Source: Caldisericota bacterium
Lineage (GTDB): Bacteria > Caldisericota > Caldisericia > Cryosericales > Cryosericaceae
Direction of reading: 5' to 3'
Length of the DNA: 34,061 nucleotides
NCBI GenBank assembly: GCA_026390215.1
Contig: JAPLGJ010000190.1
Coordinates: 1 to 34,061, forward strand
The notes under the pieces are model-generated. The model was not told the origin of the DNA. It was given only the letters and a program-made list of their open reading frames with translations, and did not search any database. Each line of letters opens with the position of its first letter. Within the stretch, counting starts at the first letter, position 1. The position numbers and the translations under genes are program-made. This document shows, piece by piece, positions 17,308-26,970 of this stretch.

Positions 17308-18471
17308 CTAGGAAATATCCGCAAGAAAACTGGCACCGCCGACAGGCGGGACTCCGAGGTACTCCGCCACGGTGGCTCCAAGGTCGGCAAAGGATTCGCG
17401 GACTCCCAGGTACGTTCCCCCACGGCGCGAGGGCGAGTACGCGAGAACGGGCACGTATTCACGTGTATGGTCCGTATGCGCTGTAAACGTCGGATCGCAG
17501 CCATGGTCGGCAGAGATGAACAGGATATCGTCGTGCTTCATCGACCTCAGCAACTCGGGGACCGCTTCATCGAAGCGTTCCAGGGCGGTGGCATAGCCAG
17601 CCGCGTTGCGGCGGTGGCCGAAGAGCATGTCAAAGTCGACGAGGTTGGTGAACAGCAGCCCTTCCCAGTTGTTGGCCTTGACCAGCTCGATCGTCTTCTG
17701 GATCCCTTCTTCGTTGTTCTCGGTGTGGAAATGCTGGGTGAACCCCTCACCCGCAAACAAGTCGTAGGTCTTGCCGACGCCGATGACGTCCATGCCGGCC
17801 TTGCTCACCTGAGTCAGGGTGGTGGGGCCCAGAGGCTGAGCGGTATAGTCGTGCCGGGCGGCCGTTCGCACAAAATTCCCGGGCGTTCCGGTGAACGGAC
17901 GCGCGATAACCCGACCGACCAGGTGTTCACCCTGAAGAATCTCGCGTCGGCTGATCTCGCACATCTCATACAGCTTGTCCAGGGGGATGACCTCGTCGTG
18001 GGCTGCAATCTGGAACACGGAGTCGGCGGACGTATAGACGATCGGATAGCCGGTACGCATATGCTCCTCGCCCAGTTCTGCGATGATTGTCGTCCCGGAC
18101 TCAGGGCGGTTGCCCAGAGCCTTTGTACTGAAGCGCTTTTCGAAGACTTCAATGACCTCAGGCGGAAACCCGTTGGGATACGTGGGGAACGGCTTTGTCA
18201 GTGTCAGTCCCATCATCTCCCAATGACCGCTCACAGAATCCTTCCCCCTGGCTTTCTCCTCCATGATCCCGAAGGAACCCACCGGGCTGTCGAAGCGCAG
18301 GTCGAGCAGATACTTCAGGCCAAGTTCCTCGAGATGAGGGAGACGAAAGCCCGGCACGCTCTTGTAGATGTGACGAAGGGTATCCGAACCACCATCCCCG
18401 TAGATGAACGCATCCTTGGCTTCGCCGATGCCGACGCTGTCCAGAACAATGACGATCGCTCTCTTCTTCAT
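17308..18471 (-). CDS. deoB: Phosphopentomutase
   Basis: VLDSVGIG, GKDSVSGHWE, YTSADSVFQIAAH, GRVIARPF, NLVDFD..GHRR, ADHGCDP, DHTREYVP. Confidence 0.96.
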   Translation of the reverse strand: MKKRAIVIVLDSVGIGEAKDAFIYGDGGSDTLRHIYKSVPGFRLPHLEELGLKYLLDLRFDSPVGSFGIMEEKARGKDSVSGHWEMMGLTLTKPFPTYPNGFPPEVIEVFEKRFSTKALGNRPESGTTIIAELGEEHMRTGYPIVYTSADSVFQIAAHDEVIPLDKLYEMCEISRREILQGEHLVGRVIARPFTGTPGNFVRTAARHDYTAQPLGPTTLTQVSKAGMDVIGVGKTYDLFAGEGFTQHFHTENNEEGIQKTIELVKANNWEGLLFTNLVDFDMLFGHRRNAAGYATALERFDEAVPELLRSMKHDDILFISADHGCDPTFTAHTDHTREYVPVLAYSPSRRGGTYLGVRESFADLGATVAEYLGVPPVGGASFLADIS

Positions 18472-19733
18472 GGCTTGTTCGTCTCCTCCTGTGCGCTGGC
18501 GCCCTTCTCCGCCTGTCGACGCTGTCTGCGACGACGAGCTGGCCTCAGCACGAATTCGCCGATGGCTGTGATGCCGCCGGCGCCCATCTTGACATAGTGA
18601 TCGAAAAAGCGCCAGATCAGGATGAAGGCCCCCAGGATGCCGTTCGGAACGAACGCCGCAAACAGGGCCACGGCCCCGAGCTCGGCTCCGACAGAAGCGC
18701 CTGGGGTGGGAAAATAGGATACGGCAAGGTAATAGATGAGGGTTGCCACAATAATCTGGGTTATCGACGATGCGACGCCAAGACCATACAGCAGGAGGAT
18801 CGGCGTCAGCACGATGAGACCCCAGGAGACGAAGCTGTAGGCCAAGCCTGCGGCAAGCATTGCTCGATTGGCCTTGGCGGCCGTCTCGCGCGCGCGCAGG
18901 GCTTCCTTGACGAATTTCTCCACACGGCGCGCCGGCCGCTGCCAGAATCTTCCTGGCCCATTGAGCGTCTGTGTCGGACTCTCTACCAGCCTCTCGATGC
19001 GGTCATTGATCCACTCCAGCCGAATCAGGCAAAACACGAGCAGGGCGAAGTTGGCCACGTAGGCAGCTGTACCGATATACAGAACGAGACGGAAACGATT
19101 GCCGACATCCAGGCTCTGGCCAGAGAAGAACAGCCAGACTGGCACCAGAACGAGAATGGCCATCTGGGAAACACCCGCGAGAATCGCCTTGATGGCGAAC
19201 ACCATCGTCGAATCTGCCACGTTGATCGAGTCGTCCTTGAACAGCATGAAGATCTGGGCCGGCTCACCTCCGCCCGCCGCGAACGGCATCAACCTGGCGA
19301 AGAACTCCCCCACGAGGATGTTGCGCATGGCAGTGCGGAACGTGATTCGCAGGCCGACCGAGCGGACGATTGCCTGTAATCGAAGTGCCTGGAAGACGAT
19401 TTCGAAGAAGATGAGGACCAGGGCCGCCAGGATATAGCGGGGATTGAGAGACCTCACCACCTTCACGATATTCATCTGATGCGAAATGAGTGAGACAGCG
19501 AAGAAACCGAGTGCTCCGAATGCAAGTGCTCCCAGAAGCTTCCAGACGATGCTCCAGACGTTGGTAATCTCAGGACGATCGGGCGCCGGCGGCAGAGGTT
19601 GAGAAAGTCCAGCAGCACTATCGGGCTGACTGACGGCGCGATCCTCCGGGCTCAACCGGACAGGCTCGCGTTGGTCACCGTGCGTCCCCACCGTCGGGAG
19701 ACGGTCGTCTAAGCGTTCTTCGCCAGTTGCCAT
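18468..19733 (-). CDS. Lysylphosphatidylglycerol synthase TM-domain (UPF0104, flippase-like) membrane protein; start uncertain
   Basis: Multiple TM helices; PFAAGGGEP, PTPGASVGAE and IWRFFDHY motifs. Confidence 0.82.
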   Translation of the reverse strand: MATGEERLDDRLPTVGTHGDQREPVRLSPEDRAVSQPDSAAGLSQPLPPAPDRPEITNVWSIVWKLLGALAFGALGFFAVSLISHQMNIVKVVRSLNPRYILAALVLIFFEIVFQALRLQAIVRSVGLRITFRTAMRNILVGEFFARLMPFAAGGGEPAQIFMLFKDDSINVADSTMVFAIKAILAGVSQMAILVLVPVWLFFSGQSLDVGNRFRLVLYIGTAAYVANFALLVFCLIRLEWINDRIERLVESPTQTLNGPGRFWQRPARRVEKFVKEALRARETAAKANRAMLAAGLAYSFVSWGLIVLTPILLLYGLGVASSITQIIVATLIYYLAVSYFPTPGASVGAELGAVALFAAFVPNGILGAFILIWRFFDHYVKMGAGGITAIGEFVLRPARRRRQRRQAEKGASAQEETNKP

Positions 19734-20854
19734 AGGCGGTCCAACTCCTCGGGAGATGCTGTCGCTATGTCGACTTCCTGCTGTGTTGCATACGCACGGA
19801 CGCGATCGTATCGGTTGCGAAATTTGTCGAATGAGTGGTGCAGAGCCTTGACAGGGTTGACACCCGACAGCCGGGCGACGTTGAGTGCAGAGAAGAGGAC
19901 GTCCCCCAGTTCCATAGCCACTGCGTGCTCGTCCCTGGACGCTGCGTTCAGTTCCTGCCCCAACTCGCGGGACTCCTCGAGCAGCTTGCCATAGGCCTGC
20001 TCCGCCGACTCAAAATCGAACCCCTCGCAACGGGCGGTCTCCTGGGACAGCAGCGCGTTTTCGATGGACGACAGGAGTTTTGCGCTGTCGACAAAGTGCC
20101 TCTTCCGACCCTCCTGGGCCTTGAGCTTCTGCCAGTTCTCCAGCACCTGGTCGCTCGATGCCGCCGAAACACTGCCGAACACGTGCGGATGCCTGAATGT
20201 CAGCTTCTCGTCGACGGTCCGAACCACGTCACAGATGTCGAAGCCATCTTCCTCACGGGCGATCTCCGACTGGATGAACACTTGCAGCAGCAGGTCCCCG
20301 AGCTCCTCTTCCAAGTTATCGGCGCTGCCCCTCTGTATGGCGAGAGCGACCTCGTAGGATTCTTCCAGAAGCGTATCCAGAAGCGACACATGCGTTTGCT
20401 GGCGGTCCCATGGGCACTTCTGGCGCAACTCCGCAATGAGCAGCCTGAATTCCTCAAGAGCCGTATATTCGGTGCCGACGAGCGGCCAGAGAACGTCGGC
20501 CAGGCGTGCCGCCTCCCGGCTCAGGTCGTCAGTCTCGATCGCCGGAGCGTGCGACAGCCCGGGCAGCCGGCCGAGAAGCCCCACAACGACAGATGCCATA
20601 TCGACAGGACACAGGCAGACGATTGTGCCATAGTGCCGACCCGCAAAATGTATCCATGTCAGGAAACCGATAGCCTCTACCGGTTCCAGCAGTGTTCGGG
20701 CTGAGGTTGGCAGAAACCGGATGCTGGAGGCAGACGCGTAGACCGAAGCATCCGTTCCAGCCGGCACTGCCCAGGCAACGTGCTGTCCCCTATCAAACGC
20801 TGACTGCAGGTTTGGGTCCGGCTTACTGATGACGCGTATCTCATATTCTTCCAT
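19709..20854 (-). CDS. mazG: MazG nucleoside triphosphate pyrophosphohydrolase with N-terminal extension
   Basis: LRQKCPWDRQQTH, EESYEV, EELGDLLLQV, RHPHVFG, second domain ELGDVLF. Confidence 0.92.
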   Translation of the reverse strand: MEEYEIRVISKPDPNLQSAFDRGQHVAWAVPAGTDASVYASASSIRFLPTSARTLLEPVEAIGFLTWIHFAGRHYGTIVCLCPVDMASVVVGLLGRLPGLSHAPAIETDDLSREAARLADVLWPLVGTEYTALEEFRLLIAELRQKCPWDRQQTHVSLLDTLLEESYEVALAIQRGSADNLEEELGDLLLQVFIQSEIAREEDGFDICDVVRTVDEKLTFRHPHVFGSVSAASSDQVLENWQKLKAQEGRKRHFVDSAKLLSSIENALLSQETARCEGFDFESAEQAYGKLLEESRELGQELNAASRDEHAVAMELGDVLFSALNVARLSGVNPVKALHHSFDKFRNRYDRVRAYATQQEVDIATASPEELDRLWQLAKNA

Positions 20855-20858
20855 TGCT

Positions 20859-23800
20859 TCAGTGTACTGTCTCCGGTCCCGAAAGCAACCCTGAAAGCAG
20901 TGAGAGCGGCTTCTGGCCGTCCCTCACGGGAAGGACTACCGAGTCCCGCACGGTTCGGGCATGGGTGACCTGGTCGACGTGCGCGCGAAGGAACCGCGTG
21001 GCTGCTTCCTGGCTGGCAAATTCCAGAACAAGCGCCTGGCCCGACTCCTTGACGGACGACACGCCAAGGGGAATCAGCGCCAGTTCGAGGCGCTTCAGCG
21101 CAAAGATCCCCAGAACATCAGGAGGAAGAGCTCCATAGCGGTCGACGGTCCGCTCTTCGACTGCTGTCAGTTCCTGCATGCCAGCCCGTTCGACAGTGTT
21201 GTAGAGCGCCAGCCGTTCTCCTGCGTCGGCCACATACGACTCAGGGATGAAGGCGGACATCCCAAGAATGATCACGGGCTTCGCCACAGGCTCCGCATAC
21301 TGGCCCCGTACTCTCATGATCTCGTCTTCGACCATGGAGAGGAACATGTGGTACCCAACGTCTGAGAACCGGCCGCTCTGCTTCACGCCCAGGACGTCAC
21401 CGGCGCCACGCAGCTCCAGGTCCTTGAGGGCGACCTGCAGGCCGGCACCGAAGTCAACGGCCGAGGCAATAGCCTCAAGACGCTTGAAAGCCGCTGATTC
21501 ACGCAGGACGCCGTGGGAATGGAAGATATAGGCATAGGCATGACGCTCCGCACGGCCCACCCTGCCACGCAGCTGATAGAGCTGGGCCAGTCCGAAGCGC
21601 TCTCCCTCGTCGATGATGATCGTATTCACGTTGGGGAGGTCGAGTCCCGCTTCGATGATGGTGGTCGACAGGAGGATGTCATACTTGCCTTCGTAGAAGT
21701 CCAGCATGATCTGTTCCAGGACCTCGCTCCTCAATTGCCCATGCGCTACCGCGATACGTGCCTCCGGAAACAGGCGGGACAGTAGCGCAAACCGCCCCTC
21801 GATGTCCAGGATGCGGTTGTGGACAAAGTATACCTGCCCGTGACGTGCCAATTCAGCGCGGACAGCCCGTGTCAGCTGCTCCTCGTCGAAGGGCATCAGG
21901 AACGTCCTGATGGGATACCTGCCCACCGGGGGCGTGTTGATGAGGGAAATGTCCCGGATACCGACAATCGACGATTCCAGCGTGCGTGGGATGGGTGTAG
22001 CGCTGAGAGTCAGCACGTCGACTTCAGCTTTCATCTTCTTGATCTTCTCCTTGTCCAGAACGCCGAAGAGCTGTTCCTCGTCCACGATCATGAGGCCGAT
22101 GTCCTTGAAGTCCCCCGCCATGTTCAGGACCTTGTGCGTTCCGACAGCGATGTCGACACGGCCTTCGTGCAGGAGCTTGCGGTCGGCCGCCAGTTCCCTG
22201 GAGCCTACCATCCTCGAGAACAGCGCAACCTTGTACCCAATTGGCTCGAAGCGTTCCTCCAGGTTGCGGAAGTGCTGCATCGCCAGGATGGTCGTCGGAG
22301 CGACGACGGCGACCTGTTTGCCATTCGCGACCGCACGTGCCGCCGCCCGTACGGCGACCTCCGTCTTCCCGAAACCGACATCCCCGCACACCAGACGATC
22401 CATCGGCTTGCCGGCCTCCATGTCGCTGAGGACGTCGGCGATGGCCTTGGACTGGTCTGGCGTCAACTCGTAGGCGAAGGCGTCGACGACCGGTACCTCC
22501 AGCTCTGGATTCGGCTTGAACATATAGCCCTCGCGCGCGTGGCGTTTGGCCGCTGTCTCGAGCAGTTCGTGGGCGATGCGCCGGGCATCTTCTGCAGCCT
22601 CCTTGCGCGCCCTCTTCCACTTTCTCGATCCCGGTTCGTCGAGGGTAATCTCCGTCCGGTCCCCGACATACTTCTCCAGATACCCCAGACGTTCCACAGG
22701 CACGTGGAGCAATGAATGGTCCTTATACTCCAGGGAGATATAGTCCCGGGTGACGCCGTCGACCGTCATGGCGGTCATGCTCCTGAACACGCCGATACCA
22801 TAGTCCCGGTGGACGACGTAGTCGCCCTCGTGCAGGTCCTCGAGACGCGAGATGGCCTGCGAGAAACGGGTCGTCTTCCTGGGACTCATCGTGGCCCTCG
22901 GGAACAATTCCCTGTCTGTCAAAACCATGAATCGCTCTGCGGCAAACCCCACCGACAGGGAGCCCTTGATGACGGCAATCCTTGCCATGATACCAGGGTC
23001 CTCGACCGTATCCATCACCAGATGCCGAGCCTTGTCGGGATTCCATGAAACGACGTCGATGGCGGTCTCTCCTGGGGCGTGAAGCCCCAGGTACTCGCTG
23101 AAGGAACCCGACAGCGTCAGTGGCGGCAGCTCGCGGGAGACAGGCATCAGGGCGTCCTGGGTCGACGTAGAGGTGAGGAAAATCGACCGTCCAAAACCAC
23201 CCAGGGCCCGTCTGGCCGTCTGCTCCACCTGGTCGAGCGCGCTGGACGATGGCACGAAGCCAGTCTGAATGGTCCGGTCATAGAGTTCCCGGGCAGAGTC
23301 GAAGATCTGTTTCAGTTCGGCTTCAGGATCGACGTCTGCAAAGAGTGCTACGGCACGAGGTCCGAGCAGGCGGGCAAGGCCTCCGCATATGCGCTCCGGA
23401 TCTGCATACTGATAAAGAAAGTAGTTGACCCCTCTGCTGTTCGTCGTCGATATGAAGGATTCGAGGTCCTCGAAAAACGTTGCATCCTGTTCCTCACTTC
23501 CTTCACTGGTCTCGCGCTCCTTCTTCCAACGTTCCGCAGCCAGGGCGGCGAAGCTCTGACGGGCCTCCCGGTCCAGCAGGACGGGGTACGGCGGCTGGAG
23601 TCCGACAGATGATACCGGCTCGACTGACTGCTGTGTCATGGGGTTGAAGAGCTTGATACGGCTAATGACATTGCCTTCGAGCACAATGCGCGCCGGGTAG
23701 TCTCCAACCTGCGAGTACAGGTCGAACACGTTGCCGCGCATGCTGAACTGGCCCATCTCGGTGACCGACGAAACCCCTTCATACCCCATCTGCAGGAGGT

Positions 23801-24296
23801 GGCGCGCCAGCGAGTGCGGGATGATGCGGTCCCCGACGGTCAGGGTGGAAACCAGCTCTGTGAAATCGCCAGAGGGTATGGACGGGTCGATGAGCCCCTG
23901 GGCCGTCGTGAACACGACGGTCTCCGCATGGGCATAGATCTGATCGAGGGCTCGGGCCCGGGCGAACGACAGTGGACGTGAGTATTGCGTGTACTCCATG
24001 ATCTCGACCCCCAGCTCGGGAAGGACCACGAAGGGGCGCATGCTGGAGGTGGCACCCGACATCCCACGGACCATCGAGGACAGTTCCTCCGCACGGTCGA
24101 CGCTTGGACAGATGACCACGAGGGGTCGGGGGCAGACGGTGACCAGTGCCGCCAGCAGCAGTTGCCGATAGCCGCTCGATGGACTGGACACGGTGATGGA
24201 GCCGGGTTGTTCCAGCAGATGTGAGAATCTGGCGAACAGTTCCGGAGTGCTGGCCCGTGCCTGCTGCAGCAGCAGGTCGAAGGAACCAGACTGCAT
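20859..24296 (-). CDS. mfd: Transcription-repair coupling factor
   Basis: GDYVVHRDYGIG, MDRLVCGDVGFGKTEVA, LSATPIPRTL, VYFVHNR, GLAQLYQLRGRVGR. Confidence 0.97.
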   Translation of the reverse strand: MQSGSFDLLLQQARASTPELFARFSHLLEQPGSITVSSPSSGYRQLLLAALVTVCPRPLVVICPSVDRAEELSSMVRGMSGATSSMRPFVVLPELGVEIMEYTQYSRPLSFARARALDQIYAHAETVVFTTAQGLIDPSIPSGDFTELVSTLTVGDRIIPHSLARHLLQMGYEGVSSVTEMGQFSMRGNVFDLYSQVGDYPARIVLEGNVISRIKLFNPMTQQSVEPVSSVGLQPPYPVLLDREARQSFAALAAERWKKERETSEGSEEQDATFFEDLESFISTTNSRGVNYFLYQYADPERICGGLARLLGPRAVALFADVDPEAELKQIFDSARELYDRTIQTGFVPSSSALDQVEQTARRALGGFGRSIFLTSTSTQDALMPVSRELPPLTLSGSFSEYLGLHAPGETAIDVVSWNPDKARHLVMDTVEDPGIMARIAVIKGSLSVGFAAERFMVLTDRELFPRATMSPRKTTRFSQAISRLEDLHEGDYVVHRDYGIGVFRSMTAMTVDGVTRDYISLEYKDHSLLHVPVERLGYLEKYVGDRTEITLDEPGSRKWKRARKEAAEDARRIAHELLETAAKRHAREGYMFKPNPELEVPVVDAFAYELTPDQSKAIADVLSDMEAGKPMDRLVCGDVGFGKTEVAVRAAARAVANGKQVAVVAPTTILAMQHFRNLEERFEPIGYKVALFSRMVGSRELAADRKLLHEGRVDIAVGTHKVLNMAGDFKDIGLMIVDEEQLFGVLDKEKIKKMKAEVDVLTLSATPIPRTLESSIVGIRDISLINTPPVGRYPIRTFLMPFDEEQLTRAVRAELARHGQVYFVHNRILDIEGRFALLSRLFPEARIAVAHGQLRSEVLEQIMLDFYEGKYDILLSTTIIEAGLDLPNVNTIIIDEGERFGLAQLYQLRGRVGRAERHAYAYIFHSHGVLRESAAFKRLEAIASAVDFGAGLQVALKDLELRGAGDVLGVKQSGRFSDVGYHMFLSMVEDEIMRVRGQYAEPVAKPVIILGMSAFIPESYVADAGERLALYNTVERAGMQELTAVEERTVDRYGALPPDVLGIFALKRLELALIPLGVSSVKESGQALVLEFASQEAATRFLRAHVDQVTHARTVRDSVVLPVRDGQKPLSLLSGLLSGPETVH

Positions 24297-24895
24297 CAGT
24301 CCTTGGCCACCTTGTGGTTGAACACGGCCTGCGCGGCCATCAGTCCGTCACAGACGATGGTCCGGACGACAGTCGGCGACTGGGCAATGACGTCGATGAT
24401 AGACGGCCACTCGGACCTCGAGAACCGCGACAGCACGAAATCGATGACACCGCCCTTGCTGCGTGGCTTTTCGATGCCGACGCGGACCCGGATAAATCCC
24501 TTGCCACCGCAGTTGTCGGCAATCGACCGGACCCCGTTGTGACCTGCGGCTGTGGCGTTGAAGCTCACTCTGACGGTGCCGACCGGCAAGTCCATCTCGT
24601 CATGGATCACGATGAGATTCTCGAGAAGGATGTTGCGTTCCTTCATCATTGGAGCGATTGCGACGCCTGAACTGTTCATGAAGGTCTGAGGCTTCACCAG
24701 CACTACTCTGACAGGTTCCGATCCGTCGCAGAGAACCAGGTCGACGGCAGCCCAGTGCGCCAGTCGATTGTGGTTGAACCTGCGCACCTTGAACGAATGT
24801 GCGATAGCGTCGAGGGCCATGAAGCCTACGTTATGCCGTGTCTCGTCGTATTCAGGCCCCGGGTTGCCCAGCCCTGCGATCATGATCGTTTTCAC
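24296..24895 (-). CDS. pth: Peptidyl-tRNA hydrolase (start GTG 24895 inferred)
   Basis: AGLGNPGPEYDETRHNVGF, KPQTFMNSSG, HDEMDL, GHNG, RVRVGI. Confidence 0.94.
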   Translation of the reverse strand: MKTIMIAGLGNPGPEYDETRHNVGFMALDAIAHSFKVRRFNHNRLAHWAAVDLVLCDGSEPVRVVLVKPQTFMNSSGVAIAPMMKERNILLENLIVIHDEMDLPVGTVRVSFNATAAGHNGVRSIADNCGGKGFIRVRVGIEKPRSKGGVIDFVLSRFSRSEWPSIIDVIAQSPTVVRTIVCDGLMAAQAVFNHKVAKD

Positions 24896-24902
24896 ACCTG
24901 CT

Positions 24903-24930
24903 ATACTACTCGGGAGAGGCCCGATTTCAA
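24903..24930 (-). promoter_or_regulatory. Putative pth-mfd promoter
   Basis: Minus strand TTGAAA-16 nt-TAGTAT, 7 nt before the GTG. Confidence 0.5.
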
Positions 24931-24941
24931 GCTGTGAACGG

Positions 24942-24969
24942 TTGACAGGGGCCTCGAATGCCGTATACT
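24942..24969 (+). promoter_or_regulatory. rplU operon promoter
   Basis: TTGACA-16 nt-TATACT. Confidence 0.75.
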
Positions 24970-25042
24970 TTCTTTGCATTGGTCGGGTTCCCTAAGTGCC
25001 GAAAGGCCGCCTCGACCGAGCAATTCCTCGTGGAGGTAGTCT

Positions 25043-25351
25043 ATGTACGCTGTTATTGAAGCAGCAGGAAGGCAGTATCGGGTCGAGCTCGGCGAGACCG
25101 TCAAGATGGAGAAGATCGCCAGTGAACCCGGCACGCCGATCGTGTTCGACAAAGTCCTCGTCGTCACCACTGACGCCGGCACTCAAATCGGCAAGCCCTA
25201 CGTTCTGGACGCGAAGGTGACCGGTACGATCGTTCGTACTACGCGCGACCGCAAGGTCCGGGTCTTCACCTACAAGAACAAGACGACGCACAAGAAGCTC
25301 ATAGGGCACAGACAAACATCGACCTACGTGAAGATCACGGAGATCGGGTAA
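25043..25351 (+). CDS. rplU: 50S ribosomal protein L21
   Basis: MYAVIEAAGRQYRV..GHRQ; SD GGAGGT. Confidence 0.97.
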   Translation: MYAVIEAAGRQYRVELGETVKMEKIASEPGTPIVFDKVLVVTTDAGTQIGKPYVLDAKVTGTIVRTTRDRKVRVFTYKNKTTHKKLIGHRQTSTYVKITEIG

Positions 25352-25366
25352 GAGGGGTGGTGAACA

Positions 25367-25648
25367 ATGGCACACAAGAAAGCAGGCGGCAAGTCACGTA
25401 ACGGGCGGGACAGCAACGCGCAGTACCTCGGTGTCAAACTCTATGATGGTCAAGTCGTTCGGCCAGGCAACATTATCGTGCGTCAGCGCGGCGAGCACTT
25501 CAAAGCCGGCAAGGGCGTCATGATGGGCCGTGACTATACCTTGTTCGCTGTCATCGACGGGACCGTGAAGTTCGAGTCGCTCAAGACAGTGAAGCGCGTT
25601 CACGTGCTGCCCGTTCCCGAGCTTCCTGTTCCTGAGCAGGCGAATTAG
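25367..25648 (+). CDS. rpmA: 50S ribosomal protein L27
   Basis: [30 protein letters not shown]. Confidence 0.97.
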   Translation: MAHKKAGGKSRNGRDSNAQYLGVKLYDGQVVRPGNIIVRQRGEHFKAGKGVMMGRDYTLFAVIDGTVKFESLKTVKRVHVLPVPELPVPEQAN

Positions 25649-25668
25649 CCCACAAAGGGAGCATTCTC

Positions 25669-26970
25669 ATTAGAGACTCAGCTGACCGCATTGTCGATGA
25701 GGTCATCGTCCGAGTCACCTCGGGACACGGCGGGAACGGAGCAATGAGCTTCCGCCGTGAGAAGTATGTTGAGAAGGGCGGGCCGGATGGCGGTGATGGC
25801 GGCAGAGGCGGAGACGTTATCTTTGTTGCCACCGCCCGCTACTCGAGCCTTCAGTTCTTTGCAAAGAAGCGGACGTTTAGGGCTCAGGCTGGAGAGCCGG
25901 GCGCCGGGCGCAACAAGCACGGCAGTGATGGACTGGATGTCACCATCCTGGTCCCGCTGGGAACGGTCCTGACGGATATTGTCTCAGAGGAAGTCCTGGC
26001 TGACCTGGTCGACGAGGGCGAGACTGTCACCGTAGCCCGTGGCGGAGGCGGTGGCAGGGGCAACGCGGCGTTTGCCACGTCCGTCGACCGTGCCCCGCGC
26101 TACTCCGAAGAGGGCATCCCTGCACAGGAACGTCGGATCAGGCTGCGCCTGAAGATTCTTGCCGACGTCGGCATGGTTGGTTTTCCTAACGCGGGCAAGA
26201 GCACACTGCTCAGCAAGCTGTCCGCAGCTCACCCGAAGATTGCCGACTATCCCTTCACGACGTTGTCCCCGAACCTGGGCGTTGCGTTCTCGCCAGACGG
26301 TGAGCGCGTCACCTTTGCGGACATCCCCGGGCTTGTGGAAGGGGCGGCCGACGGTCGGGGCCTTGGCAACAAGTTCCTGGCTCACATCGAACGCAGTCGG
26401 GTTCTGCTGTTTCTGGTTGACGGAAGTTCGTCCGATCCCGACCCGGTCCAGGCGTATCACCTGCTCACCCGCGAACTGGAACAGTACAGTGAGCAGCTTG
26501 CAGGCAAGCCTCAATTCATCGTCGTCAACAAGATCGACGTGATCTCTCCACAGAAGCGGACGGGGATCCGCACGCGCTTTGTCCATGAGGGGGCCTCGCC
26601 TCTGATGATTTCCGCCCTGGAGAATACAGGCATCGACGCCGTCATCGAACGTGGACTGGCCCTCGTGCAGTCTGCGCCGGTTCCTCCCCGCGAACAGGTG
26701 ACGCGGATCTACAAGCTGAAGCCGTCTGATGAGACATTTGGCATCTCCCGGCTTCCCGACGGCATGCTCTCTGCGTCGGGACGCTATCTCGACAGGATCG
26801 TCCACACGACCGACTTCGAGAAGCCGTTTCAGGTCACACTCCTGGACCAGAGGATGCGCAAGATCGGCGTCGAGAAGGCTCTCCGCAAGAAGGGGGCTCA
26901 CGACGGACAAAACGTCATGATCGGCGGCCGTGTCTTCACTCTGGGAGAAGAGACAACCAAGAAGAGATGA
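25669..26970 (+). CDS. obgE: GTPase ObgE/CgtA (start inferred at ATT 25669)
   Basis: FRREKYV..GGPDGGDGG, GFPNAGKST, ADYPFTT, DIPG, NKID. The conserved N-terminus VDEV..GHGGNG lies upstream of the first ATG (25744). Confidence 0.95.
   Translation: MRDSADRIVDEVIVRVTSGHGGNGAMSFRREKYVEKGGPDGGDGGRGGDVIFVATARYSSLQFFAKKRTFRAQAGEPGAGRNKHGSDGLDVTILVPLGTVLTDIVSEEVLADLVDEGETVTVARGGGGGRGNAAFATSVDRAPRYSEEGIPAQERRIRLRLKILADVGMVGFPNAGKSTLLSKLSAAHPKIADYPFTTLSPNLGVAFSPDGERVTFADIPGLVEGAADGRGLGNKFLAHIERSRVLLFLVDGSSSDPDPVQAYHLLTRELEQYSEQLAGKPQFIVVNKIDVISPQKRTGIRTRFVHEGASPLMISALENTGIDAVIERGLALVQSAPVPPREQVTRIYKLKPSDETFGISRLPDGMLSASGRYLDRIVHTTDFEKPFQVTLLDQRMRKIGVEKALRKKGAHDGQNVMIGGRVFTLGEETTKKR

Noticed and set aside
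15010-18597. Long plus-strand ORFs (e.g. 338, 322 and 376 aa) antisense to recG and deoB, and similar ones elsewhere
   Set aside because: Antisense shadows expected from high-GC codon bias, with no family motifs.
25351-25367. Missing ysxB/prp between rplU and rpmA
   Set aside because: L27 starts directly with MAHKK and has no cleavable extension, so the absence is expected.
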